A DNA stretch of 64,000 nucleotides, from the NCBI GenBank assembly GCA_951406725.2, contig CATOCA020000001.1, positions 10,664,001-10,728,000 of the forward strand, written 5' to 3'. The notes beneath the pieces are model-generated. The model worked only from the letters and a program-made list of their open reading frames with translations. It was not told where the DNA came from and searched no databases. Source of the DNA: Octopus vulgaris (Eukaryota). This document shows, one piece after another, positions 16,964 to 33,213 of this stretch (positions are counted from its first letter, which is position 1; every line of letters begins with the position of its first letter). The position numbers were made by a program, and so were the translations under genes.

Positions 16964-17361
16964 GTCTCTCTCTACTCGCTAACACTCACGCTACAATATA
17001 CACACATATAACTTTAATCAAACATACATTCACCCTACATGTATGTATGTATGTATGTATGTATGAATGTATGTATGTATCTATGAATGAATGTATGCAT
17101 GTATGCATGTATGTATGTATGTATGCATATTTATATATATATGTATGTATGTATGCACATTAAAATACACATGTATTCCCTAGAGAACATTCTTTCTTTG
17201 TAGTTTGATCGTAGGTGATCTATTTCTAGCATATGGCTGTCCACATAGTGGCTTTTAGCCCTTAATATACACATGTGTATATATATGAATATATATATGC
17301 ATGTATATGTGTGTGTGTGTATGCATACATACATACATATATACATACACACACATATATA

Positions 17362-17397
<36 letters not shown>

Positions 17398-17425
17398 TGT
17401 ATGTATGCATACACACACATATATG

Positions 17426-17580
<155 letters not shown>

Positions 17581-18242
17581 TATATATATATTTAAATAAT
17601 GAGGGAGATGAATTGAATATTAATTTAATTAATATCAATTTAAAACCAGTTGCCTAGCATAAAAAAGTCTGAAAAATCAGAGAAAATTCTAATATATGTG
17701 TATATTAAGAGCTAAAAACCACTATGTGGACAGCTATATGCTAGAAATAGATCACCTACTATCAAACTACAAAGAAAGAATATTCTCTAGGGAACATTCT
17801 TTGTAGTTTGATTGTAGGTGATCTTATCGACTGGTCCCCTCCCCGAAAATTTTCGGGCCTTGTGTATGTATGTATGCGTGAGTGTATGTATGTATGTATG
17901 ATCTATGTATATATGTTTCTGTGTGTGTATGTAAGATGCATGTATATATGTTTCTTATTGTGTATACATGCAATTATGTATATTTCTATGTATGTATATG
18001 ATTTGTATAAATGAAGAAAGTGAGAGAGAGCGGAAGAGAAGGAGAGAGACAGGAAAGATGAAAACTAAAAAAATAGGACTTCTTGGGAGTGATATATAAA
18101 ATATTTATATATGTAAATAGAAAGAAACAAAACACTGATGAACATCCAAGTATATATATATATGTGTGTGTGTGTGTGTGAATGTATCTACGTATATACG
18201 TATGTAAATATATATATATTTATGTACATATATATGTATATA

Positions 18243-18280
<38 letters not shown>

Positions 18281-18312
18281 TATATATATATATATACGTA
18301 CATATATATATT

Positions 18313-18348
<36 letters not shown>

Positions 18349-18382
18349 CATACATACGTACATATATATATAAATATATATA

Positions 18383-18431
<49 letters not shown>

Positions 18432-18963
18432 AGAGAGAGAGGGAGAGAGATAGAGAGAAAGAGAGAGTATGTCCCGAATTTAAGGCAATTGGGCTTAAAT
18501 GACAATATATAAATGTGGTAAGTTGTGAAAATCATACAACATTATAAAAGTTTTGTGTCCCTTCCTTTTCTTTCAGACTAAAGAAATAAAGATTTATTTA
18601 TTAAGTAATGGCTACAGAACGAAATACAATCGTAAGCCACAGTAATACACAGGCACACACACATACATGAATATATATTTGTAAATAAATATATCCCTAC
18701 ATATATGCATACATACATTCATAAATGGTTGCACACACCTAAACACTTGCACACAAATATACTCTTTTACTTGTTTCAGTCAGTTGACTGTGGCCATGCT
18801 GGAGCACCGCCTTTAATCGAGCAAATCGACCCCGGGACTTATTCTTTTTGTAAGCCCGGTACTTATTCTATCGGTCTCTTTTTGCCGAACCGCTAAGTAA
18901 CGGGGACGGAATCACACCAGCATCGGTTGTCAAGTAATACTAGGGGAACAAACACAGACACAC

Positions 18964-19004
<41 letters not shown>

Positions 19005-19479
19005 ACAGGCTTCTTTCAGTTTCTGTCTACCAAATCCACTCACAAGGCATTGGACGGCCCGGGGCTATAGCAGAAAACTCTTGCCCAAGATGCCACGCAG
19101 TGGGACTGAACCCGGAACCATGTGGTTGGTTATATATGTATGTATTTGCTTGCTTTTTAAGTCTAGTAGTTATTCTATCGGGAGCTTTGGCCGAACCGCA
19201 AAGTTACGGGGACCTAAACACAACAGCATTGGTTGTGAAGCGATAGTGCGTTGTTAAACGCTAGCACAAACACATATATATACATCCGATGGGCTTCTTT
19301 CGGTCAGCCCGTGGCTATAGAATAAGACACTCGCCAAAGGTGCCACGCAGTGAGATTGAACTCAGAACAATATGGTAGGCAAGCAAGCTTCTCACCACAC
19401 AGCCACGTGTCACTTTTCAGCTTTCTATATATGAATGTATATATTTGTATATATAAATATATTATGAGCACAAGTACAT

Positions 19480-19573
<94 letters not shown>

Positions 19574-19837
19574 AGAGAGTGTGATAGATAGATATATATA
19601 TACATACATACATGCGCATATATATACACATACACAAACACAAAAAATCGAAACAGTCGCCCACACGCATGCACGGGCACACACACACATAGCCTCAATT
19701 ACTGCTATGTCTTGATAACCACATATCCTGTTGGTATTATTTATAGCTATTTGCTGGGAGCCTACATTCTGGGTTCGAATTCTATTAATGCCAACACTAC
19801 TTTATCATTTCAGGGTTGACGAAATAACAAGGATGAA

Positions 19838-19953
<116 letters not shown>

Positions 19954-19964
19954 TATATATTTGC

Positions 19965-20009
<45 letters not shown>

Positions 20010-20013
20010 TATA

Positions 20014-20061
<48 letters not shown>

Positions 20062-20512
20062 TACTTGCATGTATATAAATATATATATATACATACACAT
20101 ATACATACATATATATATATGCACACACACATATATATATATATAAGTAAATATATAGATATATATATACACACATATATACATGTATATATATACACAC
20201 ACACATATATATATACATATATATATATAAATAAATATATATATATATATATTGTTAAAATCATCATAGCATATTTCTAAGGAGTTGTTTTGCTGCTATT
20301 TCTAGCATTTAAATTGTCTTCCACAATGTCCTTCTTTGCTGGGAGCGAGTCAGACAGAGAGTGAGAAAGAGTCAAAAAGTGAGTGAGAATGAACATTGAA
20401 CAGCTTTATAGAGAGGGGGATTAGATAAACTAGATTGTCTACCTGTTTTGACTTAAGATTGACTTAAGGTTGTTTTAGAGTCAGATAATGGCTGCTATTT
20501 TCAGCATGGTGG

Positions 20513-20544
<32 letters not shown>

Positions 20545-20555
20545 TTAGTATATAA

Positions 20556-20603
<48 letters not shown>

Positions 20604-20618
20604 TAAAAAAATGTTTTT

Positions 20619-21343
<725 letters not shown>

Positions 21344-21361
21344 CATATATATATATATATG

Positions 21362-21445
<84 letters not shown>

Positions 21446-22029
21446 CATACATATATATATATATAATGGAAATTTATTAAATAATTGTGAAATAGTCATA
21501 AAGATATTTACAAAAATTTATTAAGTAAGCACTTGTTGATAGTGTCTGTCGAAATATTAGCAACGTAGATGAGATCAGATCAAAGATCAATACCGGAGGT
21601 TTTATTGTACAAATTCTGTGTCATTGATTCTTTTACTAGTTTTCATAAATCTACCTTTCTTTAGAGAATCAATTTATTTTTCATATAAAGAGCCCCCACC
21701 CTAGCTGGGGTATGATCCACAGATTTGTAGCTCAAGATGTAAGCAGAGGAATATAGCTAACCTAGAGACACAACACGATGACTGTTGTTAGGTTTATTAG
21801 TGTCAAGAAGAACATTCAGCTATAAATAATACTTTTACAATGTGTTTATATATTTTGGTAGTTCTGACTTTATGAATTCCTCCTAGCGTGTGGCATTTAT
21901 GTATAGTAATGCCCTCTATATAATATAAAAAAATACATTTAAATGAAAAAGATGGTGGATTTTTCTCTTAAGACGCTTTTCACGCTAACTACTTGATAAA
22001 TCCTTATAAAGATTTTATACTATCTCTAA

Positions 22030-22072
<43 letters not shown>

Positions 22073-22641
22073 GGAGTAAACACATAAATGTGAAACAAGG
22101 TGGAAAAAAAGAGTACTCAAATACCAGTGGTAGAGTAATATGCTTTATAAAGTATATATTATATATATATAGATAGATAGATAAATAGCTAGATGTATAG
22201 ATATATGTGTACATATATATATATATGTATATATATATACTCTTTACTCTTTTACTCTTTTACTTGTTTCAGTCATTTGAGTGCGGCCATGCTGGAGCAA
22301 CGCCTTTAGTCGAGCAAATCGACCCCGGGACTTAATCTTTGTAAGCCCAATACTTATTCTATCGGTCTGTTTTTCCAAACCGCTAAGTGACGGGGACGTA
22401 AACACACCAGAATCGGTTGTAAAGCAATGCTAGGGGGACAAACACAGACACACAAAAATATACACACACACTTATACATATATACATATATACGACAGGC
22501 TTCTTTCAGTTTCCGTCTACGAAATCCACTCACAAGGCATTGGTCGGCCCGAGGCTATAGCAGAAGACACTTGCCCAAGATGCCACGCAGTGTGACTGAA
22601 CCCGGAACCATGTAGTTTGTTAGCAAGCTACTTACCACACA

Positions 22642-22707
<66 letters not shown>

Positions 22708-22775
22708 TAGATAGATAGATAGATAGATAGATGTTTAGATATATAAGTATATATATATATATGTGATATATAATA

Positions 22776-22888
<113 letters not shown>

Positions 22889-23012
22889 AATTGAGGGTAA
22901 AATTATCTGAGAGAAATTTTCTTTAAGTAGTGGAAATGGCAAAAAAACTTTTTTGGGGCTGCTATTTCTAGCAAGTTCAGTATGTGGCAAAGTAATTTAT
23001 TTTACTAAGCCC

Positions 23013-23067
<55 letters not shown>

Positions 23068-23446
23068 GTCTCTATCTACTCGCTAACACTCACGCTACAA
23101 TATACACACATATACCTTTAATCAAACATACATTCACCCTACATGTATGTATGTATGTATGTATGTATGTATGTATGAATGTATGTATGTATGTATGAAT
23201 GAATGTATGCATGTATGCATGTATGTATGTATGTATGCATATTTATATATATATGTATGTATGTATGCACATTAATATACACATGTATTCCCTAGAGAAC
23301 ATTCTTTCTTTGTAGTTTGATCGTAGGTGATCTATTTCTAGCATATGGCTGTCCACATAATGGCTTTTAGCCCTTAATATACACATGTGTATATATATGA
23401 ATATATATATGCATGTATATGTGTGTGTATGTATGCATACATACAT

Positions 23447-23535
<89 letters not shown>

Positions 23536-23559
23536 TGTATGCATACACACACATATATG

Positions 23560-23725
<166 letters not shown>

Positions 23726-24296
23726 AATAATGAGGGAGATGAATTGAATATTAATTTAATTAATATCAATTTAAACCAGTAGCCTAGCATAAAAAAGTCT
23801 GAAAAATCAGAGAAAATTCTAATACATGTGTATATTAAGGGCTAAAAACCACTATGTGGACAGCTATATGCTAGAAATAGATCACCTACTATCAAACTAC
23901 AAAGAAAGAATATTCTCTAGGGAACATTCTTTCTTTGTAGTTTGATTGTAGGTGATCTTATCGACTGGTCCCCTCCCGAAAATTTTCGGCCCTTGTGTAT
24001 GTATGTATGCGTGAATGTATGTATGTATGTATTACGTATGTATGTATGACTATGTATATATGTTTCTGTGTGTGTATGTAAGATGCATGTATATATGTTT
24101 CTTATTGTGTATACATGCAATTATGTATATTTCTATGTATGTATATGATTTGTATAAATGAAGAAAGTGAGAGAGGGCGGAAGAGAAGGAGAGAGACAGG
24201 AAAGATGAAAACTAAAAAAATAGGACTTCTTGGGAGTGATATATAAAATATTTATATATGTAAATAGAAAGAAACAAAACACTGATGAACATCAAG

Positions 24297-24332
<36 letters not shown>

Positions 24333-24394
24333 AATGTATCTACGTATATACGTATGTAAATATATATATATTTATGTACATATATATGTATATA

Positions 24395-24615
<221 letters not shown>

Positions 24616-24946
24616 AGAGAGAGAGAGAGGGAGAGATAGAGAGAAAGAGAGAGTATGTCCCGAATTTAAGGCAATTGGGCTTAAATGACAATATATAAAT
24701 GTGGTAAGTTGTGAAAATCATACAACATTATAAAAGTTTTGTGTCCCTTCCTTTTCTTTCAGACTAAAGAAATAAAGATTTATTTATTAAGTAATGGCTA
24801 CAGAACGAAATACAATCGTAAGCCACAGTAATACACAGGCACACACACATACATGAATATATATTTGTAAATAAATATATCCCTACATATATGCATACAT
24901 ACATTCATAAATGGTTGCACACACCTAAACACTTGCACACAAATAT

Positions 24947-25151
24947 ACTCTTTTACTCTTTTACTTGTTTCAGTCAGTTGACTGCGGCCATGCTGGAGCA
25001 CCGCCTTTAGTCGTGCAACTCGACCCCGGGACTTATTCTTTTTGTAAGCCCGGTACTTATTCTATCGGTCTCTTTTTGCCGAACCGCTAAGTGACGGGGA
25101 CGGAATCACACCAGCATCGGTTGTCAAGCAATGCTAGGGGAACAAACACAG

Positions 25152-25186
<35 letters not shown>

Positions 25187-25742
25187 CGACAGGCTTCTTT
25201 CAGTTTCCGTCTACCAAATCCACTCACAAGGCCTTTGTCGGCCCGGGGCTATAGCAGAAGACACTTGCCCAAGATGCCACGCAGTGGGACTGAACCCGGA
25301 ACCATGTGGTTGGTTAGCAAGCTACTTACCACACAGCCACTCCTGCGCCTATATATGCATATATATATACTCTTTTACTGTTTTACTTGTTTCAGTCATT
25401 TGACTGCGGCCATGCTGGAGCACCGTCTTTAGTCGAGCAAATCGACCCCGGAACTTATTCTTTGTAAGCCCAGTACTTATTCTATCAGTCTCTTTTGCTA
25501 AACCGCTAAGTGACGGGGACGTGAACACACCAGCATCGGTTGTGAAGCAATGCTAGAGGGACGAACACAGATACACAAACATATATATATATATTTCAGT
25601 TTCCGTCAACCAAATCCACTCACAAGGCTTTGTTCGGCCCGAGGCTATAGTAAAGATACTTGCCCAAGATGCTACGCAGTGGGACTGAACCCGGAACTAT
25701 GTGGTTGGTAAGCAAGCTACTTACCACACAGCCACTCCTGCG

Positions 25743-25745
<3 letters not shown>
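24947..25745 (-). mobile_element. Two tandem full-length tRNA/CORE-type SINEs (24947-25345, 25369-25745)
   Basis: Both end on the plus strand in CACACAGCCACTCCTGCGCC (head GGCGCAGGAGTGGCTGTGTGG on minus). Confidence 0.88.
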
Positions 25746-25784
<39 letters not shown>

Positions 25785-25806
25785 ATGTTACATTACTCGG
25801 TAGTCA

Positions 25807-25869
25807 AGATAAAACTCTGAGTTTCAGATGCCGAAGTGGAAATCCACAACACCATCTCTTCGGTTATCT
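25807..25869 (-). ncRNA. Type I hammerhead-ribozyme-like motif in Penelope 3' UTR (variant core)
   Basis: Minus strand: AGATAA CCGAAGA GATG...CATC T GAAA CTC A GAG T T TTATCT. Stem I AGATAA/TTATCT, stem II GATG/CATC, stem III ACTC/GAGT. Confidence 0.6.
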
Positions 25870-26063
25870 GGCTATTTGAAAACGTTATGAAAAAATACCG
25901 TTAAAAATGAAGGGAAATTACTCTGTTATAACTCTGCTTTGCCTGCGTACTTATACATCGCTCGCATTTTTCGTCATAAAAATTATATAAAAATACATAA
26001 AAATATATAAAAATATATAAAAATATATAAAATCTTCTTGGGACATAACACAGAAAGCATGTT

Positions 26064-27665
26064 CTATCCGTTTTCTTTAGGGGACCAAAAACGTAACAGA
26101 AATTTAGTCACATGTGGGCATGATCCGAAAAGCTCTGTCCTTGTATTTAGACATGTGGTAGGGTCTAAGCTGCTTTTCCAGATAAGCCATCTCTCCATGT
26201 CGCATAAACCGCACCTTCCGCTGCCGTTAGTATAGGGCTTACATCTGGCCAAAATCTTCCATTGTATGTTATAATCGACACCTTTATCTCTTAAAGACCA
26301 AATATGATTGGATAATTGTGTCGCTTTTCTTTTGTTCCAGTGCCTAAAGCTCAAAGTGTGGTTATTGAACCTGGCCTTGAAATTACCCTCTGTCAGGCCC
26401 ACGTATTTCTTCGTCGAAACGGTGTCTTTAGTGGTTATAGAGTTTACGGTTGCTTCATATATGATGGTCTTGGACATGCAAGCTCCATTTAGCGGGCACA
26501 ATTCTTTATTCCTGCATGAACAGCTGTTTTCTTCTTGTGTTTTTTGTATGTTATGATTGATTATGTTTTTAAAATTGGTAGTTGAACTAAAACTAATTTT
26601 TAAATTGTGTCTATTGAAGAGTTTCCTATAAGCATGGTTAACTGGAAAATGTCTATCTATCAGTGCTAGGAAATATTTACCTATATTGAAGGCCACCTCG
26701 GGTGAGTAAGGGGGCGTAAACCAGATGACCTTCCTATTTCTATTATTCCTTTTCCTTATTGTTGGGCTGGTGATAGGTGTATATTTTATTTTTTCGCTAA
26801 AACCACTATCTTTTAAAGCTTTATTATAAACTGGGGCAACGCTATTGAAGATGTCCTCATTAGATGAGAGGCTAGAAATCCTCTTACTAATATTTTTAAC
26901 TAAATTTTTGAATACTATAGGGGGATGGCATGAACCTACATTAATATAACTTAGTCTATCATTGGGCTTCCTATAAGGCTTATAAATATTATTATTAAGA
27001 TCTAAGGAAACGTCTAAGAAATTGACAACCGTCAGGTTAGTGTCTATAGTTATACTAAGTCCGAAGTGTTTCATTAACTGGATAATATCCTTCCTAAAAC
27101 GATCTTGTGCTGGTCCATTTGTATTAGCTGTTAAGGCGAGGGCATCATCTTTGTAGATGGCAAAATGTACGTTAGGGAATGTCTTACTGAAGGTATCTAG
27201 GAGAAAGAGTCCAATTAGATCACAGATGCCTGCCCCATCATATGAACCCATGCTCACATCGAAAGCGCCCTCCGTGTCGGTGTTTTTTACCCACTTTGCA
27301 TTCTCACTGAAAAGTAATGTCTTTCTAGCATGGAAGATTATATCCTTATCATTGGTACTAATTTCTATGAAATCACTAGCGAAGATTAGGGCTTTATCTA
27401 GCAGTTCTTTAGAGATAGAGGCATAAAAATCAACAATATCGAATTGTGTAAACCTCGCTTTTTTCTTATTCTTAATAGCTTTAAACCAGTCTACGACTTC
27501 TATACTATTGGACCATTGCACTAGCCTAGTATCGGTCTTAATTTTCGTATTTATTTTATCTAAAATTTCTTTGCTAATAATCCCTAGTTCTGACTTGGCT
27601 GGGTTGATAAGCCTACATTTAGGATTGGAAAGGAAGTTTTCTTTGTGGTCTTTAATAGTAATAAA
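26064..27665 (-). CDS. Penelope-like RT / GIY-YIG endonuclease polyprotein (5'-truncated; frame stays open 48 codons upstream of the listed GTG)
   Basis: FITIKDHKENF..NPKCRLINPAKSELG, QFDIVDFY, MGSYDGA, IYKDDAL, NFLDV, YKPYRKPN, linker CSCRNKELCPLNGAC, GIY-YIG IIY...YVGLTE..FKARFNNH, C-terminal CGLC..E. Confidence 0.92.
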   Translation of the reverse strand, partial: FITIKDHKENFLSNPKCRLINPAKSELGIISKEILDKINTKIKTDTRLVQWSNSIEVVDWFKAIKNKKKARFTQFDIVDFYASISKELLDKALIFASDFIEISTNDKDIIFHARKTLLFSENAKWVKNTDTEGAFDVSMGSYDGAGICDLIGLFLLDTFSKTFPNVHFAIYKDDALALTANTNGPAQDRFRKDIIQLMKHFGLSITIDTNLTVVNFLDVSLDLNNNIYKPYRKPNDRLSYINVGSCHPPIVFKNLVKNISKRISSLSSNEDIFNSVAPVYNKALKDSGFSEKIKYTPITSPTIRKRNNRNRKVIWFTPPYSPEVAFNIGKYFLALIDRHFPVNHAYRKLFNRHNLKISFSSTTNFKNIINHNIQKTQEENSCSCRNKELCPLNGACMSKTIIYEATVNSITTKDTVSTKKYVGLTEGNFKARFNNHTLSFRHWNKRKATQLSNHIWSLRDKGVDYNIQWKILARCKPYTNGSGRCGLCDMERWLIWKSSLDPTTCLNTRTELFGSCPHVTKFLLRFWSPKENG

Positions 27666-28087
27666 GATTTTATATATTTTTATATATTTTTATATATTTT
27701 TATATATGTATATATATATGTATGTATATGTGCGTATATATGTATGTATTTGCTTGCTTTTTAAGTCTAGTAGTTATTCTATCGGGAGCTTTTGCCGAAC
27801 CGCAAAGTTATGGGGACCTAAACACAACAGCATTGGTTGTGAAGCGATAGTGCGTTGTTAAACGCTAGCACAAACACATATATATACATCCGATGGGCTT
27901 CTTTCGGTCAGCCCGTGGCTATAGAATAAGACACTCGCCAAAGGTGCCACGCAGTGAGATTGAACTCAGAACAATATGGTAGGTAAGCAAGCTTCTCACC
28001 ACACAGCCACGTGTCACTTTTCAGCTTTCTATATATGAATGTATATATTTGTATATATAAATATATTATGAGCACAAGTACATCGGG

Positions 28088-28181
<94 letters not shown>

Positions 28182-28448
28182 GGGAGAGAGTGTGATAGAT
28201 AGATATATATATACATACATACATGCGCATATATATACACATACACAAACACAAAAAAGCGAAACAGTCGCCCACACGCATGCACGGGCACACACACACA
28301 TAGCCTCAATTACTGCTATGTCTTGATAACCACATATCCTGTTGGTATTATTTATAGCTATTTGCTGGGAGCCTACATTCTGGGTTCGAATTCTATTAAT
28401 GCCAACACTACTTTATCATTTCAGGGTTGACGAAATAACAAGGATGAA

Positions 28449-28584
<136 letters not shown>

Positions 28585-28592
28585 TATATATT

Positions 28593-28629
<37 letters not shown>

Positions 28630-29148
28630 GTATATATATATATATATATATTCATATATACATACATATATACATATATATATATATACACACATATATA
28701 CTTGCATGTATATAAATATATATATATACATACACATATACATACATATATATATATGCACACACACATATATATATATATAAGTAAATATATAGATATA
28801 TATATACACACATATATACATGTATATATATACACACACACATATATATATACATATATATATATAAATAAATATATATATATATATATTGTTAAAATCA
28901 TCATAGCATATTTCTAAGGAGTTGTTTTGCTGCTATTTCTAGCATTTAAATTGTCTTCCACAATGTCCTTCTTTGCTGGGAGCGAGTCAGACAGAGAGTG
29001 AGAAAGAGTCAAAAAGTGAGTGAGAATGAACATTGAACAGCTTTATAGAGAGGGGATTAGATAAACTAGATTGTCTACCTGTTTTGACTTAAGATTGACT
29101 TAAGGTTGTTTTAGAGTCAGATAATGGCTGCTATTTTCAGCATGGTGG

Positions 29149-29180
<32 letters not shown>

Positions 29181-29191
29181 TTAGTATATAA

Positions 29192-29237
<46 letters not shown>

Positions 29238-29252
29238 TTAAAAAATGTTTTT

Positions 29253-29873
29253 GCCCGAAGCCGCGGCCATGCTGGGGCACCACCGCTGAATGAGCTACAC
29301 TAGTTTGTGAATCCACCTCTGATACGTGGCACTTGATCAACAAGGGAGTTCGATGCTGCTGCCCGCATCCGCGTCTCCTGTCGTGAGGTAGGTTCATCTG
29401 GGACTCCCAACAAGAAGAGATCCAGTTTAGTTTTAAAGAAACCCACATCCACACCATGTAAGTCTCTCAGGCATTTAGGGAGGATGTTAAAGAGATGTGG
29501 TCCTCTGAAACCCAAGCTGTTGCAGTATCTGGACCTGTATTTTGATGGTGATGTTGGAATCCTTGGCACCACGCAGCGGCGCCCCGTTCTGCGGTTGGAG
29601 TAACTTTGAATGCCAAATTTTGGGACAAGACCCTCCAGGATTTTCCAGATGTATATCACTGCATATCTCTCCCGCCTCCGCTCTAGGGAGAAGAGGTTTA
29701 ATACCTTCAGTCTTTCCCAGTAGCTGATATTTTGCATTGAGACGATTTTCTTTGTGTAGCTTCTCTGAATTGCTTCGAGTTCTGCTGTTTGTTTTATATT
29801 GTGCGGTGACCAAAGTTGGGAGCAGTAGTCCAAACGGCTGAGGACGAATGTTTTCCATAGGACCATCAGTGGT

Positions 29874-29875
<2 letters not shown>
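29253..29875 (-). mobile_element. CR1/L2-group LINE 3' fragment, unit 5 copy
   Basis: Same peptide with a few substitutions (YRSRY, GPHL). Confidence 0.9.
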
Positions 29876-29963
<88 letters not shown>

Positions 29964-30007
29964 CATATATATATATATATATGTATATACATATATATAT
30001 ATATATG

Positions 30008-30081
<74 letters not shown>

Positions 30082-30657
30082 CATACATACATATATATAT
30101 ATAATGGAAATTTATTAAATAATTGTGAAATAGTCATAAAGATATTTACAAAAATTTATTAAGTAAGCACTTGTTGATAGTGTCTGTCAACGTAGATGAG
30201 ATCAGATCAAAGATCAATACCGGAGGTTTTATTGTACAAATTCTGTGTCATTGATTCTTTTACTAGTTTTCATAAATCTACCTTTCTTTAGAGAATCAAT
30301 TTATTTTTCATATAAAGAGTCCCCCACCCTAGCTGGGGTATGATCCACAGATTTGTAGCTCAAGATGTAAGCAGAGGAATGTAGCTAACCTAGAGACACA
30401 ACACGATGACTGTTGTTAGGTTTATTAGTGTCAAGAAGAACATTCAGCTATAAATAATACTTTTACAATGTGTTTATATATTTTGGTAGTTCTGACTTTA
30501 TGAATTCCTCCTAGCGTGTGGCATTTATGTATAGTAATGTCCTCTATATAATATAAAAAAATACATTTAAATGAAAAAAATGGTGGATTTTTCTCTTATG
30601 ATGCTTTTCACGCTAACTACTTGATAAATCCTTATAAAGATTTTATACTATCTCTAA

Positions 30658-30722
<65 letters not shown>

Positions 30723-31297
30723 CCGGAGTAAACACATAAATGTGAAACAAGGTGGAAAAAAAGAGTACTCAAATACCAGTGGTAGAGTAATGTGCTTTAT
30801 AAAGTATACATTATATATATATAGATAGATAGATAGATAGATAGCTAGATGTATAGATATATGTGTACATATATATATATGTATATATATATATACTCTT
30901 TACTCTTTTACTCTTTTACTTGTTTCAGTCATTTGAGTGCGGCCATGCTGGAGCAACGCCTTTAGTCGAGCAAATCGACCCCGGGACTTAATCTTTGTAA
31001 GCCCAATACTTATTCTATCAGTCTGTTTTTCCAAACCGCTAAGTGACGGGGACGTAAACACACCAGAATCGGTTGTAAAGCAATGCTAGGGGGACAAACA
31101 CAGACACACAAACATATACACACACACTTATACATATATACATATATACGACAGGCTTCTTTCAGTTTCCGTCTACGAAATCCACTCACAAGGCATTGGT
31201 CGGCCCGAGGCTATAGCAGAAGACACTTGCCCAAGATGCCACGCAGTGTGACTGAACCCGGAACCATGTAGTTTGTTAGCAAGCTACTTACCACACA

Positions 31298-31394
<97 letters not shown>

Positions 31395-31450
31395 GTATAG
31401 ATATATATATATATATATATATATATGTGCATATATATATATATATATAT

Positions 31451-31492
<42 letters not shown>

Positions 31493-31660
31493 GTATATAT
31501 GTACACACATATATATATATATATAAACAATTGAGGGTAAAATTATCTGAGAGAAATTTTCTTTAAGTAGTGGAAATGGCAAAAAAACTTTTTTTGGGCT
31601 GCTATTTCTAGCAAGTTCAGTATGTGGCAAAGTAATTTATTTTACTAAGCCCTAATTATA

Positions 31661-31719
<59 letters not shown>

Positions 31720-32115
31720 GTCTCTCTCTACTCGCTAACACTCACGCTACAATATACACACATATACCTTTAATCAAACATACATTCACCCTACATGTAT
31801 GTATGTATGTATGTATGTATGAATGTATGTATGTATCTATGAATGAATGTATGCATGTATGCATGTATGTATGTATGTATGCATATTTATATATATATGT
31901 ATGTATGTATGCACATTAAAATACACATGTATTCCCTAGAGAACATTCTTTCTTTGTAGTTTGATCGTAGGTGATCTATTTCTAGCATATGGCTGTCCAC
32001 ATAGTGGCTTTTAGCCCTTAATATACACATGTGTATATATATGAATATATATATGCATGTATATGTGTGTGTGTGTATGCATACATACATACATATATAC
32101 ATACACACATATATA

Positions 32116-32151
<36 letters not shown>

Positions 32152-32179
32152 TGTATGTATGCATACACACACATATATG

Positions 32180-32235
<56 letters not shown>

Positions 32236-32283
32236 AATATATATATATTTATATATATATATATATATAATTATATATATATT

Positions 32284-32365
<82 letters not shown>

Positions 32366-32925
32366 AATAATGAGGGAGATGAATTGAATATTAATTTAAT
32401 TAATATCAATTTAAAACCAGTTGCCTAGCATAAAAAAGTCTGAAAAATCAGAGAAAATTCTAATATATGTGTATATTAAGGGCTAAAAACCACTATGTGG
32501 ACAGCTATATGCTAGAAATAGATCACCTACTATCAAACTACAAAGAAAGAATATTCTCTAGGGAACATTCTTTCTTTGTAGTTTGATTGTAGGTGATCTT
32601 ATCGACTGGTCCCCTCCCCGAAAATTTTCGGGCCTTGTGTATGTATGTATGCGTGAGTGTATGTATGTATGTATGATCTATGTATATATGTTTCTGTGTG
32701 TGTATGTAAGATGCATGTATATATGTTTCTTATTGTGTATACATGCAATTATGTATATTTCTATGTATGTATATGATTTGTATAAATGAAGAAAGTGAGA
32801 GAGAGCGGAAGAGAAGGAGAGAGACAGGAAAGATGAAAACTAAAAAAATAGGACTTCTTGGGAGTGATATATAAAATATTTATATATGTAAATAGAAAGA
32901 AACAAAACACTGATGAACATCCAAG

Positions 32926-32957
<32 letters not shown>

Positions 32958-33024
32958 AATGTATCTACGTATATACGTATGTAAATATATATATATTTAT
33001 GTACATATATATGTATATATGTGC

Positions 33025-33067
<43 letters not shown>

Positions 33068-33070
33068 TAC

Positions 33071-33119
<49 letters not shown>

Positions 33120-33134
33120 CATACATACGTACAT

Positions 33135-33213
<79 letters not shown>

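Larger units (their letters stand above)
25781..27707 (-). mobile_element. Penelope-like retroelement (Naiad-like), 5'-truncated, with 3' UTR/pLTR and short inverted terminal segment
   Basis: RT + GIY-YIG ORF, hammerhead-like motif in the 3' UTR, 40-bp inverted repeat at the 5' junction, (TA)n flanks. Confidence 0.92.

Noticed and set aside
25900-27665. Selenocysteine recoding/SECIS as reported for some Naiads
   Set aside because: The visible ORF has no in-frame TGA, and I see no convincing SECIS fold in the 3' UTR.
26308-27861. Plus-strand ORFs overlapping Penelope
   Set aside because: Antisense shadows of the RT ORF.
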